Assembly: GCA_965203295.1 (NCBI GenBank)
Contig: CBDBCZ010000015.1
Span: forward strand, 224,001-288,000
Source of the DNA: Nitrospirales bacterium
GTDB lineage: Bacteria > Nitrospirota > Nitrospiria > Nitrospirales > UBA8639
Length of the DNA stretch: 64,000 nt
Direction of reading: 5' to 3'
Made by a program: the position numbers and the translations under genes. The notes under the pieces were generated by a model. That model was not told the DNA's origin. It worked only from the letters and a program-made list of their open reading frames with translations, and ran no database searches. Below, piece after piece: positions 49,312 to 63,379 of this stretch (position 1 is the stretch's first letter; the number at the start of each line of letters is the position of its first letter).

Positions 49312-52300
49312 AGAACAGAAACTGTACATGTATGCAGTGTACATGTATAGTTCATCATATGTATGTATGAAGATCAAGCGTCTTAATTGGGCTTAGACAT
49401 GCATAACAATGTCTGTATAGCAGCCACTCAGTATGTTCACAGATCTGAGGTATCATCCTGAACTTACTGCAGCAGTTTTATACAGGAAGTTTGAATGTAC
49501 ATCTCTTGCTTGCAATCAGTTTAGCTTGTAAACTCTCAATGCCTAAACCTAAAGAATTTATCGTTACAGGGGGTACTTTGTAAAATGTACGTTGTATGTA
49601 AAATGTACGTTGGCTTTTTCACAAGAGTGTTTTAAACCCAGTTTTATATCCCAGAACGCATCTTACCACCCCAAAACACTCATTTTGGATATCCTGCCTT
49701 TCAAAAAAATTATATGCCTGCACACTTCTGTCAGACACAATTGAGCCCTAGCTGCCTTACAAACTTCAACCAACTCACACCAAATACATGTTAGTTTTTT
49801 TACATACCACCCATCAAAGCACTTCCTATAAATCTTCACAAATTTTCACACAGCTAGCAAACCACAGCTCGCTATGGACTGTAAAGGTTAAAACTATAGC
49901 CTACATAAGATGGGCAACAACCTGTCAGGATAATTATCAGTCTGTCTGGCTGACTCATAGGCACTTCAGCCGCCTAACAAACTTTGTGGAACACACCAGC
50001 TGACTATTCAGCCATAATTAGCCTATATGCTTCTCACCACTATAATAATACATGGTCCTATTTAAAATTAAAAAATTAAAAGGCAACATTGCTGCTCAAC
50101 CACATCAAAGTGTCAATATCACACAGCAAAGAGCTGTTATCCACATTAAAGGGACATATCCCTCCAGTTGATTCCAGTTGCCACCATGGAAAACATAAAC
50201 ATATAAATTAATGCCATGTGAATGACGTCTTTCATTATTTATTCATGAGAAGAACCACGCAAAGCGGTACCACCTCAACCTCATGCCTCAGCTAATGCAA
50301 TGCCATGTATAATACCAAAAATTCTAATTACTCAAAGTCCACATTTAATTGTTCACAATCCATGAGTGTGTTCTCTGATTATTGAAAAGCAGGCTCTTAC
50401 AACAGTTCGTCTAAAAAACACTTAGAAAATGTGTACCATGCTCCAACCAAAGAGAGTAGATTTGAGGTTACAACCACTTTGCCACAAAGTACAAATATAA
50501 CATGGACATGCTTTTGAAGCGGTTTCTCAATGTTTTTTTATTTTCCTATATAATAGGAATAGGGAAGCCATACAGTACAGAGCAAAAATTTAACTCCCAA
50601 GTTTAGAGAAATAGCGACTCTAAAGTATTTTCGATCTCACTTTACATGTGAAGCCTATGTGTCATGTGACATAGTTAATCGCAAGCGGCAACATATTCTT
50701 GAAACTGAGTGATAATGCCACCACGAACTGTCTGACAACGACAATATGGCCATGCATTCACAGATTTGTAGTGACCTAGTTCATTAAAGCTTATGAGCAA
50801 GTTCGATATACACGCTATCTACATGCAGCACCAAATTTTGCAGGTGAATTTAATACCACAGCTGTTTTGAGAGCACAAAGATTGTGCCATAATTTTTACA
50901 TGTGTATTACTATTTACATAAACATATCAATTTAATACTCATGTTCAATTAATACTATGTGCATGAATTTAACAGGGTGTGTCCAACTGACTGGTCTCCC
51001 TGGGAGTTCTGTATGGAATTCAACGATACCCAATATGATCAGGAGCGCATAATGACTTTTTCTTACGTCATTATGCGCGCCTGGTAAGATACTATGGCAC
51101 TGATTCTGTGGTCCCTACTAATAAGGAGTTCATAATTACGGTAATACCACACTCACCTCCATACTGTCCAAGTTCCTGTGTCCTTCTGATCTTCTGTAGA
51201 TCTACGAGGTCATTAACTTGGACTCGAGAACTCGCTTGCGCTGTATGAGCCAGCCAATCTTGTAGAGTATTTTGAGCTGAAAACAAGATGGACACAACTA
51301 ATTAACCCAGGGGTGGAGAGTACCACTCTGGCTCTTGTACAGGCCTTGGTAGTATTTCACCATCCTGGGTACATGAACCCCGACGCTCATAAGCCCCTGT
51401 CGGTACCCAATTCACACATTCCTTGACAGATGGGTGCAACGCACTTACAAGAAAATTATGGAACCTTCTTGTCCCCTCCTGTTCCACATCTTCGTACTTG
51501 CTCAGCTGGTCCTATAATTTAGGCCATCATCCAATGGTTGGAAAACAATCTAGTGGCACTTGCAAGTTGTCTGATAGTATAGTGCAGAGGCATTTATGCG
51601 GATCAGTGATGGCAGACCTGGGCCATGGGGGGCGCAGCTAGCCAAGAGTTCCGAGGTACTTGAGATGGGGCAGAGTACGTTACAGCCATGCATAGCTGCG
51701 GGGCCCCGAGAGGGGTCTAGAAATCAAGTGCCACGTACGGATCCACGGTTCGGAAATTGCTAGCGAATGCCACTGATCCATGCTGCTGCGAGGGTACAAC
51801 TCCAGCTAGTCCAGTCCACGTGGTGTCGACCTCAACGCGAGATATCACCATGATTTACAGGCTTTGTTCTGACACTGCACCCTGGGGGGCTAGTCGTATT
51901 GCGTGCTGGCCGCTAAAAGGAAGCCTTGTCTTCGATGCCTTGAAAACGGAGTAAGGTATGAGCATGCTCTATAATGTATCTAGTATATACACTATGTATA
52001 AATAAGATAAGAATGCGAAATTAATATCACAAGGTTACGCACAGCCATTGCCTATTCGCCGTACTTGTACAGGCATCTTGCAACGTGCACTTCAACGCGC
52101 ACTTGCAAGGCCTCCGACCACACGTGTTCTGGTATTCAGCAAACGGCATAATGAATGTGATTAAGCTTATCTTAATTGCTGTAGAGCATTATTAGGATGC
52201 TTCCTAAATGCTCAGTGACACTGACACATGGTGTATAATTTGGTATTGCCACTACTTGTAACTCAGCAGCAGTGACAACGCTTGTCCAGTACACTACACG

Positions 52301-52806
52301 TGATGCCTACAGTCTACTAATTAGTATGGGACAATGCATGGGACAATCATGCACACGATATAAATTGGCAGGGCTTGTTTGTTTCATCTCCATTGCTTCT
52401 AAAATGATAACTGTAGAGAGTAGAGTAGAAGAGCTGACCTTCTACTTTATTCTTCATAGAATGATCACTGCATCGATTCACTTAGTCTAGAGCGTCTGGC
52501 CAGGAGGGAGGGGGGGAGGCTGGCAACAAGGCTAGTACAAGGCTAGTACCATAAGCTAACTGCTCATATAAAGGGCTGAGAGCCATACTGGGCCAATGGT
52601 GGTCTAGATTATTCTAGCAATTAAACTTCTTCCCCGTTTCTTGTTTGTGTCCCAAATGAATGTAGGAAGTCATGTTTGCACTGCAACATTGGGGGCTCAC
52701 TCCCCAAATGAAAGAATTCATGTTTTTCTATTGTAAGCGCCAAACCATGGGGGAGGTCTGGGAATGACGTTATACTACGCACTGCTGTACATTCTATAAG
52801 TGTGTG

Positions 52807-52889
52807 TAGCCTCGTTCCCAGTCTCCACTCCCCAGCTTTTTTGCATGCTGGAAAAGGTTGGTGAGAAGTGGAGATTGGGAACGGGGCTA
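52807..52889. mobile_element. AcademH-like MITE, degraded
   Basis: TAGCCTCGTTCCCAGTCTCCAC..GTGGAGATTGGGAACGGGGCTA; TSD imperfect. Confidence 0.65.
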
Positions 52890-54409
52890 CTCAGTGTGTG
52901 TGTGTGCTAATAGTACATTCCACCCTATGAAGCAATCTAAGACTTCTGTAATGCTGCAGTGTTACCATGTTATGACTGGTTAGATGCATGTTACTACTTA
53001 TAAATAATCCTACGTACATTCAAGCCACAAAACAAGGGGTAGAATACTAGGGCTAATTACTAAATGGAACACTTATCCCTGTCCCTATTAAAACGCACTG
53101 GACCCTATAGGTTTCCTGTCTCTTTCCTCGTTATCTTCACTGAAGTTGATTAGCACAGTACAGTTTTTAGCAGACCGTTACTGTGATCTCTTTCTCACAC
53201 AGATTATAGTAGTAATGTACTAGCCAATCAAATCGCTAGAAATGGCAACTATAGTCCTCATTTCTGCAATTTAATTGCCTAGTATGTTACTACTATAGCC
53301 CACCCGGATTATGGCTCAACCTCCATTATTGGCCTTGGAAAAAAAAATTCTCTCAGAATGTGCTAGGCAGAGCCCTTGTCCTCCCTCAGGAAAATTACTT
53401 TCCTCGGCCAATAATGTCAGTTAGAGCCCTCATTGTGGAGCACTAACTATTACATTCTTGCTCTTCTCCCACCTGCATACGTTAGCTAGCTAGCCCTATA
53501 ATAGCTGTGGCCATGCCACTGTCTTCAGTAAATCAATCCCAGTCTTCACCTCAGCTGCATTATTATAATATTATGTTACACATGTGTAACTGTTAATTGC
53601 TGAGCGCCTTAGCACAAGGAAATTAATGTCTCCGCTTTCGGCCCCGGGGACCACCCTGGGGGGAGGCACATGTTCAAGACTTTGTATTGCTGGCGCATAA
53701 ACAATCAGAGAGTTATTCAAGTGGATCACTGTGTTTTACCAAGGTTGTCTTATTGCAGCTCCAATATCACTATAGTTTGAGTAGCTTCTGTTCAGTAGAG
53801 ACGTGACGGCCTGACGGTATCGTGGCAAATCGAGCGCTATGAACAGAAGCAAAGCCCAGTGACTCTGTGTCAACCATAGCTGGGCCTTGAAAGTACGTTT
53901 CAGACAGAGACATCCACCTACTGACATGCTGAAAGTGTAGTCACATTGTTGTAGCAGCTTCCAAAGTGGGTGTGGTTTGCGATTCCTCTCGATCTAGCTT
54001 TCCATGTGTCTGCGCGAAGCCTCACTGTGCATGTGTATGTCTAGTAGAGCCATTGGGTGAGGACCTTGGTGGCGCAGTAATACTATTTAGTGCAAGCTCA
54101 GTCTGGTAACCAATTTTCTGGCTAGACCCTGTATGAATAATCTCATGAATATAAATAATACTGTTGTAGCTTTATCATACCAGCAGGGTTAAAAGTTCAA
54201 GTACTGGGAGTTTATCTACAGGGGACAGATTTTATGTTTCCATGCACATACACATAACAGCACATGTCCTCTTGTCTCTTTACCTCCATTATACAATGTT
54301 AGAACTGCCCTGAAAGGTAGGATAATTAATGGTCAATTACTTATACTATGTTTCAGGGACCATTATGATTAATTATTGTACAGTTCAGGGAAAGTCCATT
54401 AATTGCAGA

Positions 54410-54790
54410 CATATGGGTAAAAATGATAATAGGCAGTGTAAGCTATGCAGAGAAGAATGTGAAAGTGTAGTACATGTGCTCTGGCAGTGCTCTGTGTATG
54501 ATACTATTAGAAATCTTTTGGGGGGGGGGAGGTTCTGAAGAGTTTAGTACATTCAATAATTTTAAGAGAACAGGCTTTGTTTTTAGGGTGTGAGATTTGG
54601 GACAGGTATGATTTTAAGGCTTTATTAAAACTACTAAGATGTATTAATCTGGATACTAAGAAGATATTTGATCAGGATGTTGTAACATCCTCTTCCTCTT
54701 GTCTTTCGACTGGAAATCTTACAAGCTCTGCCTGTGTAGGTGGGTGTGTGGTCAATGGCATAAGTGCTACGGCAGCGACATGAGAATATT
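54410..54790 (+). mobile_element. LINE 3' end with CCHC zinc finger
   Basis: QCKLCREECESVVHVLWQC; the tail CTTACAAGCTC..GCTACGGCAGC.ACATGAG also occurs at about 21355-21450 (-) and partly at about 12165-12215 (+). Confidence 0.7.
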
Positions 54791-56244
54791 ATACATACAT
54801 GTAGTTATCCTACGTTGTAGGGCGTTCTAACATTGTGCACAACCCAGATAATTCATCTTGCAGTTATCAGTTGGGTAAATTGCTGCAAGATAGATCTGGG
54901 CAAGAAGTCATATAATGTTATGGTAGGAGGTTAGACAGCCCTTCAGTGATGTAGCGTGCACATTTATTCCAAGAGATGTATGTGCGTGTAACATGTAGCT
55001 AGCCTGTGTATTAACGTACTGCATGACATACGTACAATAATGTGACTTTGCAACCCCCATTACATCATAACAAAGGTCCATTGTACCTAGATAGCAAGTG
55101 TTCCCACTTTCATTATTACTAATTAGTACAAGGTTATAACAGTTTATTTTCCTGATAAAAGGTGATTAGTAAGTGGCAATGCTATGCATGGCTTCAGCTT
55201 GGTTAGCAGAATATTAAATGTGTGCATACCTTGTAGCTAGTATTGCTATGCTTATATTGTTCAATGAACATGAAAATAAAATATAACATTATACAACTAT
55301 TGAGGCGATCATCCGTGCTATCTCTGTACACACACCACCTCCTACACAACAAAATTCAGGTATTTAGTGTAAACACCCCTCTAGTTTTTTAGTAAGTATT
55401 TTACAATAATATGCAGTTTTATTGCAGACATTGTAGTTTTCTTAGTGCAAGTGGGTGGTACTTTTCCAGGTGTTACACAATCATGTGCACTCCTTATGGT
55501 AGTACAAGTAGGAGTGCACATGCAACACCCAGAAAAGAGTTCATTAGCAATGCATGGCTACCTTAACATACAATCCTGCATTTTGAAAAGGTTTTCTAGA
55601 ACATGTACTTAAGTGAAAGAAGTTACACAGAGAGTAAGTGGATGAATGCTGTACAGTTGACCATGCCAACTACAAACTGCACCTCTTTTTATTAATCAGC
55701 CTTATTAATAATGCAAATATGCAAATAAGACACCAAAAATAGGAGCACCTCTCAGTGAATTGACGATACCAAAGTGCGCATGTGCTTTCTACGTACGCTC
55801 CTATATAGAAGCGTAAATGTACGTAAGCGCTCGAGTGTGCGGAGCATGCAATCGTGATCGATTACGTAATCTGAGCCACCGATAATTACGTAATCATCTA
55901 CGCTGCCAATGATTACGTAATGCGACGGAAGCTCATGATACATGTACACGAGGCCGAGTCTGCACTTCGCGGTCACGTACCCAGTCGTCTATGATGTACA
56001 GTTCAGCATCAAATAAAAAATACCAGGCAGGTAACGCATGTGCACAAATTGTTAAGAGAACCGTCTAGAAGAGAGAATACGCATGCATGCACACAATAAC
56101 AGTCTCACAATTACAAGGTCAAAAGAAAACTCACATTAGAGCAACACAAGAAAAACCTCACAACTACATGAACAGAGCATATGCAAGTAAGCATAAGGTT
56201 TGTTCCCTTGTATGTATAGAAAGAGCCATCATCAACCGTCCTTA

Positions 56245-59200
56245 CTAGTAAGACGTGCGTGTATGAAATTGTTCAAAACAGTGTCCCTGACACAGAAACA
56301 CATCACACTTAGGGCAGAAGTTTTGCGTTTTGACATCTTTTTGTTTTCCGTATTTCCGACGACATACAACGCACCTTGATCTTTTTTTACTTTTGTATGC
56401 AAAGTGCTTGCCGGTCAGTCGCTTCTCAGTAGTTGCTGGCTTTCTAGATCTACCCTTATAGTCGGTGGGCAGCTTGGGTTAGCTTTGAGATTCAAGAGAG
56501 GCTGCACTAGCTCTTCGGCTAGCTTTAGCCGAAAGGACCTCTGTGACTTTATGGCTGAATTGGGGTTGTTCTGGCGAAAAAGGATCCACGCATTTATAAT
56601 GCAAATGTCCACCAACCTCCAAAAAACCTTCTTCCACCATTTGAGTGTACGCCGAGTACTCATGGAGTAGTAACTCAGATGTTGGTCCATTAGATCTACG
56701 CCACCCATGTATGCGTTATATTCGGAAATGATGGTGGGACAGGGAATGGGCTGTTTTTTGCGGCTTCCTTTAGGATGCTTCAGAACTACTGTGGCGGAGG
56801 TATTATGCATTGTACTCAATGCAAGCACATCTCTACGATCAAACCACCACACAGCTGTCAGTCGACCTTCACTAGCGGTACCAAAACGCATGTTGCCTGG
56901 CACAGTGCTCCCACTAGGTTTCAAATCTGGGGGAAAGCCTTTGCGATTCGGTCGCACCGTCCCAGCGCTGTATGTTCCACGTTCCAGTAGATCGAGGAGA
57001 AGTCTTGGCCCTGTGTAGAAGTTGTCAATAAATAGGCAATGGCCTTTTCCTTGGAGTGGTTCCATAAGTTCCATGACAACTCTGTAGCTCAGTCCTTTCT
57101 CTATGGTACCTTCATGGGCACCAGTGTATATTTCAAACTTCAGAACATACCCAGTTTTTGCCTCAGAGTTTACCCAAATCTTTATCCTGAGTCGAGTGGG
57201 TTTCTTCGGCATGAACTGCAAAAAAGCAATACGACATCGTGTCCCTACCATCATTTCATCTATGCTGAGTTGACGCAACGGTTGGTAGTACTGTTGAAAC
57301 ACAGCAGACAAATGGTCAATCAAAGGTCTAACCTTGAACAGGGGGTCGTACCCCTGCTCACCCTGTTTTTTCTGCTTGGTAGAGTCTGCTAAGTGCAGAA
57401 ATCTTAAGATAGAAAGGAAACGATCTCGAGACATGATGGAAGGAAACCAAGGGGTTGCTAAAATGTTGTTTGTAGCCCAGTAATCACGAATTTGGGGAAG
57501 CCGAACATTCCCATTGCGATGTTTACTCCTATGAAAGCTTGCAATTCCTCAATACAGAAGACGAAGGTTACACCTTTTTGGGATGCAAACAGTATCGTCT
57601 GTTGAACGATCGATTCTAGAATGACAACCGTAAGGAAAAGCTCCAATATTTGCAGGGGACTCACAGCATCTTTAGTCCGAGGTGAAGGGCCAGTGGGATA
57701 GAAAAAGGGAGGTAGCTGTCGTGGAGCTGGTTTCTTCTTTGCAGTAGAGATGAGTTTCCCAAGTGACCACTTCAACTCTCTATCACTGTCCCTGTTAGCA
57801 AAAAAAAGTTTGCTAAAAGGGTCACACAAGAACAAACATTCCTTAGTATGTCTCATTTTTCAAACCACCCCTTTTATTACAGAATCTGACTTATGTGACC
57901 CTTTTAGCAAAATTTGACCGTTTGGGACTGTTTTACACTAGCAGTTGGCATAAATACTTTGCTTATGCAGAACTGCAACTGTTAGGTTAGGTGGAATTCA
58001 TCTCAATTGACAGAAAATCCAAATGGTCAATTTTCCCTGAAAAGGTGACAAAATTAGGTGATGGTATACCTAGCAGACTCTTGAACACAGCTGCTTGTAC
58101 CACGGTTGCTTCTAGCTCCACCTCGACCACGCCCAACACCACGCCCTCGTCCACGCTGACCACCTCGACCTCGACTACGACGACCTCGACCACCTCCACC
58201 GCAGCCACCACCACGGCTATGATCACGGCTACTTCCACCTCTTCGAGCATGGCTACTTTTGTCACTTTGAAGTCGTCTCCTTTTGGGTGGCGGAATGTCA
58301 TCATCCGAGGTTTCAGGCTCAGTAGTAGTGCCACATCCAATACTTCCACCACATCCAAACACAGAACTTATTTCAGAAGCAGCACTCGAATCTTCACCTA
58401 AAAAGAAATTGGTATATGAATGGAAATACACATTTGAAGATTCATATTGAAACCAGAAGCGCATCAAGCCGGCGAGGGAGCACGCAAGTAGTATAGACGG
58501 CGAAATTCAAACACGGCAACCGGATGCTAATTTTAGTAACCACCAAATATGGAATATATACACACGTGGGTACGTAAGTCGGTGAGCGGCAGCTTTGCAG
58601 GCCGACTACGGAGAGCGTTGGATGGTGATACAGCTAACGCAGGCCCCGAGCACAACGACACTGATGGGAAGGTTAGTTGTAAGCCTTTGTAAGAGTCATT
58701 GAGCATGAGTACGGCAGTACTTGGACTCACTTGTTGGAAGATTGGTCTGTCTCCCATACGCTTTCGCTTCGGAGAACTAGTCATCTCGCTCGAGTATGCC
58801 GACTCACCACTTCATTTTTATCCACTTTGTGGCTTTCTCTGTTAGCTACTTTTTCCTGCTGTTGCATCATAAAAATCAATATACGGATACTACTTTTTTT
58901 AGAATAATTATGACTGCCATGTTTGAATTTTATCGTCTATGTATTGCACGTGCGTAGTTGCATGCTCCCTCGTCGGCTTGATGCGCTCCTGTTGAAACTT
59001 ATCAGCCTTGTTCCCAGGCTCAACAACCCAGTGTTTTCTTTGCTTTTTGGGCTGGGAGCCTGGGCTCTTTGGTACATCACATGACGTCACGTACTTGATA
59101 TAGTTATTCTAAATCAATTTACTCATGATGTATAGCAGTACTTCACTGTGTGTGTTGCTGTAAAGTCAGAGTCGAATCAGAGTGAAGACTAGCTGTTGTG

Positions 59201-60566
59201 GGCTGAAACAAATATTGTCAAGGAAACTGACTTACTAGTGGTGGGCCTTACCACCTGGCGTCAAGGTAAACAGCTAGCACAGCCCAGCATCTAGCTACAC
59301 ATGTACCACCAACTCAATATACCGCATATACATCGGGTACCTAGACTACCATATACACCCTGCTAGCTGTTTACCTTGGCACTGGGTGGTATTCGGCTTG
59401 ACAACCAGTTTCTATGCATGGTAGCACTACCCAATCCAGATAAATTCAAGGACTACTGCTAGTTGAAACCTTCCTTGACTTAACAGTCTTCATCTCTGAT
59501 TCGACTCTGACTTTACAGCAGCACATACAGTGAAGTACTGATTTACATCATCAGTAATTTGTTTTAGCAAAACCACATATGCTTCGTCACATACATAAAG
59601 TTCTATGATGTACCTGGCTCCCAGCCTACGTTCTTCCAATGTGCAAAAAAGCTGGGCTGTGGAACCTGGGGACAAGGCTAAATATAGGCACAACTGCAAA
59701 TTTAGTCAATGGTCAAGAGTCAAAGCCGCTCAAAAGCTAGGGTGTACTCAGTGGTCAAAGTGTGCTCTATAAAATATGGTCAACAGCAGATCATAATGCG
59801 GAACGGATGGGCACATGCACAAGCAACAGTCTACAGCTTGAAGATCACTCGAGAAGGATGGATATTTTTTTTCAGCTGCAGTGTTCAATTGGTAAGCTTT
59901 ACAATCAATGGGTCTAGTAGAGCAGTCACAGGTCAATGGCCAAAAAAATCAGCATTATCAACAGCCAAACCACTACACAGCTTTGACACATGGTCGCAGT
60001 TGTGACTATGCAGTCTATAGGAGTGACTACCCATTGTCTAAAGTAGGCACTGCCTACTGCACATGCGCAATAGCTAATTAATTTAGCAAGCGCATGTTCA
60101 GAAAAGTCGGCAAGAAGGGATTTGAGCTTTGTGTCCAGCTACATCCATAAGCTACTATATCGTTGAAAAATGGAAAGGCAAAATTATAGGCGTATAAGCT
60201 CCCATTTTTCAGTCATTTATATAACTACACGAGTAAACACACACACGCGCGCATGCACGCACCTTCAAATTCATCGTCAATGAAATCTTTGTCCAAAAAG
60301 AGAAGCGAAGTCCTTTCAGCCGGATCAAGAGCCGTAGCATTCTTCAAAAACGCCGACGGATCAGCGCTAAATGCCGTTTCCAGGGCTTATTGCAGTCTCT
60401 CCGCGTCGTCTTCTTCGGATGTTGACAGCGACTCTGTAGTGATCTCGTACAAATCATTGGCATCGGAGTCAGAACTACTATGATCACTGGCAACGGAGTC
60501 AGAGATATACTGACTGCTACTTTCGACCACACTCACTTCCTTGAAGGAAACGCGTGAACCAGCCAT
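56245..60566 (-). mobile_element. piggyBac-family transposase gene, spliced and decayed (exons 60566-60263, 58397-58070, 57791-56245)
   Basis: MSRDRFLSILRFLH, SIDEMM, IDNFYT, YMGGVDLMDQ (DDD triad), KWWKKVF, Cys-rich tail RCVVC..FCPKCDVFLCQGHCFEQFH. Frameshifts near 57506 and 56462 and a stop at 60387-89. TIRs not located; joining exon 1 to this gene is inferred from splice phase. Confidence 0.9.
59003..59680. repeat. ~680-bp diverged palindrome with AGCCTTGT..ACAAGGCTA ends
   Basis: CAGTACTTCACTGT..GCTGTAAAGTCAGAGTCGAATCAGAG (59137-59181) is mirrored at about 59495-59540; inner arms CAAGGTAAACAGCTAGCA. Confidence 0.75.
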
Positions 60567-60903
60567 TCTATTCTAGGCAAAGAAGCACGAGGATTCCAGC
60601 GCATGCGAGTAAACAATAATTATGCGCATAGTATTAATACGCTTACACACTCCGCACGCCGTACGCAAGTCTAACTGGCGGGACTTTTGAAACTAAACAG
60701 CGTGTACTTTTAAATAATATAGCAGTAAAAGATTGGAAGTGGGCTATTTTGATCCCCTTTAGGTTTTCATGAGTTATTAATTAAGGTGTGACACCAATGT
60801 ATTCCAGGAAAAATACTACCCACATGTGCTAAGTAAAACACAATGTCTATGTGCATATCTTCATTGACTAAACCAACTCATCAAATAGAGGTAGTAATGT
60901 GCT

Positions 60904-60967
60904 TAGCCTCCGACCCAGGCTCTCATCCAGCTTTTTGTTACATGCAGAGAGCCTGGGTCCAAGACTA
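60904..60967. mobile_element. AcademH-like MITE, degraded
   Basis: TAGCCTCCGACCCAGGCTCTC..GAGAGCCTGGGTCCAAGACTA; GTAATG on both flanks. Confidence 0.6.
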
Positions 60968-61865
60968 GTAATGCATGGTGCTAGTAGAGCACTGCCAGCT
61001 CAAATTGAGCACGAAGTCTTATCTTTTGCCTCATCTACCTCATTCTGTATTTGTTCTGTGATATACCCAGCATTACACACTAGGTTGTCCATCAAGGTGA
61101 TTGGAAATCCCGCACACCTTAAACGATTTCACAACAGCGACCACGTCTACACTTGCGCATACTTAGATACTTACAATTGAGACAGCTACATACTTAGATG
61201 TAAGCTACTTACTTAGATGTAAGCTTGCAAATATGAAGTATATTAAATTATCGCAGAAGGCAGAACAATATTTTCTAGCAACCAGGAAGCATGCACTAGC
61301 TCCTTTACTGTTTTTAGTTCATGTTTGGAAAAGTCAAATTAGTAGAAGAGCTGTTTTCAGGCTGTTTCAATTGCTTGGGGGAGTTGGATTTGAGTAGGTA
61401 CAAAAGTTATGCGTGTTGCATTGTGAATATGCGTGCTGCGAGGGAAGAGGTCTAGATATGCAGTTCCTCCTTCTAAACTATCAGCCATATATCTTAGCGG
61501 TTGATAGACGGAGCACATATAGAGAAACCTTGACTGCAAGATCAAAAGGGGTTGCAAGAAAGCCTACAACAGCATATACATTGGGCCTTATATACTTCCA
61601 TGATTGTCTAAACACTGTGATAGTACTTTCACACATCTGATATAGATACGAGACTAGCTCTTCTCATTATCCTCTATGACTGAACTGTGTATAGTAACAT
61701 TACAGCTGTATTTCTCAGTGTAAAAATACACATAGAGGGAAATGTTTACTACAATTAGTTAAATCTGCCCATGCATGCAGTGTAGCATAATTTAGTTAAT
61801 GGTATCGAATATCTAAGAAGTTTCTCTGTGTAAAGTGATCAGTAATTTTCTACTTAACCTGGTAG

Positions 61866-63379
61866 GTGAACACTGATGGATACATACATTTTGCTACAGA
61901 AGAGATCTTCATTGCACCATTCTTAGTGAATGTGGATGCAAGGGGAACTGGAACCGTGTTCTACAGACAGACCAATTATGTTCCCCTCACGACTAGATTT
62001 GCACAGTACTTTGAGAGCATTAGTGACTTTTCTCCTGCTTCCCTCTTTATTGCTACCTGGGATGGTGTCGGCTCCTACAATAGCAACACACACTCAGTAA
62101 GTCAGCAGCTAAACAAGAATTGTGAATCACTTTATATAGCTAGTATGGACTAAGGCACAAACAACTTATCTTAAATTGATAGAGTGGACACAATGAAAAT
62201 AGTGGTATAAAAGGCTAGCTTACATTTGGTGCTCCTCCCTCATTGTAGACAAACACATTTCAGTGTGTGCTGGCAACAGACGGTGTGATCTCAGTTGTTG
62301 TGTTCTTGTATGCTGACATGCAGTGGGCAATGGCTGATTCACAAAATCGTGGCTCAGGGTCTGGAGGGAGTGGACTCAGCGATGTGAATGATTTTGCTGC
62401 AGTTGGATTTAGTAATGGAATAGAGTTTGATGTTATTTCTGGCTCTTATACGGAGGAAATTTTATACATTAATTCGACAAGCAACATTGCAGTGCCAGGG
62501 ATGTGGACATTTCGAGTGGATGGCATCAATATTGAAATTGGAGGTACATGTATGATATTGCTTCCTTGCCAAAAATTGCTTGGTCAGAAGTGTTCATATA
62601 ATGTCTGTATATTATGTTGATATTACGTACAGGATGTTATTAGTAAGTGTGCATGGACAACTGAAGAAGAAAGCAAGGCTGATATATACGTATAACAGTA
62701 TGTGAAAGTATAGCAGTTAAGAACACAAGTAGAGTGAACTAGCATTGTAAATAAGTTAGTTTCCTGTCTTAGGCAAGCTTATCAACCCACTAGTCTTTCT
62801 ATTTCCATGCAGCATGGATTCGAATGAGAATGTAACCACCGGTTGAAATACTTCATTTCCTTGAGTATATTCTGTGCAGTGATTGTAAAATTGGCTTCTA
62901 ACACACCTGATTAAAAGAGATTGTCTTACTTTATTTTGTTCTGTTTGCCTTAAATTGTCCTTTTACTCATGATCAGGAAACCTGCACTTGTATTAGTTGA
63001 TTAGTATGTTAGTACCTACGATTGTGGTACGTATGTCCATGTTCTTTCATGAATTGCTGTGGCAAAAGATGTTCTCTGCATTAAAGTATACGTACATATC
63101 ATATGTACGTATATTCAAGCTTTTATATATGTAGTGGTAGTGAAATAATTACTACGTATGTATCCCAAGCAACAAGGGACCATACAATGGTACATTCACT
63201 CTGCACAAGAGTACATATTAAGCTATTCCTATAACTGCTACTTTATCTGCTTGCAGATGTTGATGAATGTGCAGACAGTAATGGAGGGTGTACTCAGTTT
63301 TGTAGCAATTCTGTTGGTAGCTTCCTCTGCTCCGGCCTGCCTGGCTATCTTCTGGACACTGATGGACTCACTTGCAATG
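61866..63379 (+). CDS. NIDO-domain plus calcium-binding EGF extracellular protein, partial and possibly a pseudogene (exons 61866-62096, 62249-62543, 63257-63379)
   Basis: IAPFLVNVDARGTGTVFYRQT, LFIATWDGVG, TNTFQCVLATDG..FLY, STSNIAVPGMWTFRVDG (NIDO); DVDECADSNGGCTQFCSNSVGSFLC (cbEGF); phases consistent. Confidence 0.8.

Noticed and set aside
51090..51960. Possible decayed minus-strand gene or TE
   Set aside because: Stops in the candidate frames and no recognisable motif or termini.
57991..58401. Thr/Ser-rich mucin-like ORF (+) and Val-rich ORF (-)
   Set aside because: Alternative frames of the RGG exon; only the RG frame has splice phases that join the piggyBac core.
60630..60715. piggyBac terminal inverted repeat
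   Set aside because: No matching inverted sequence with TTAA was found at the other end (55500-56200).
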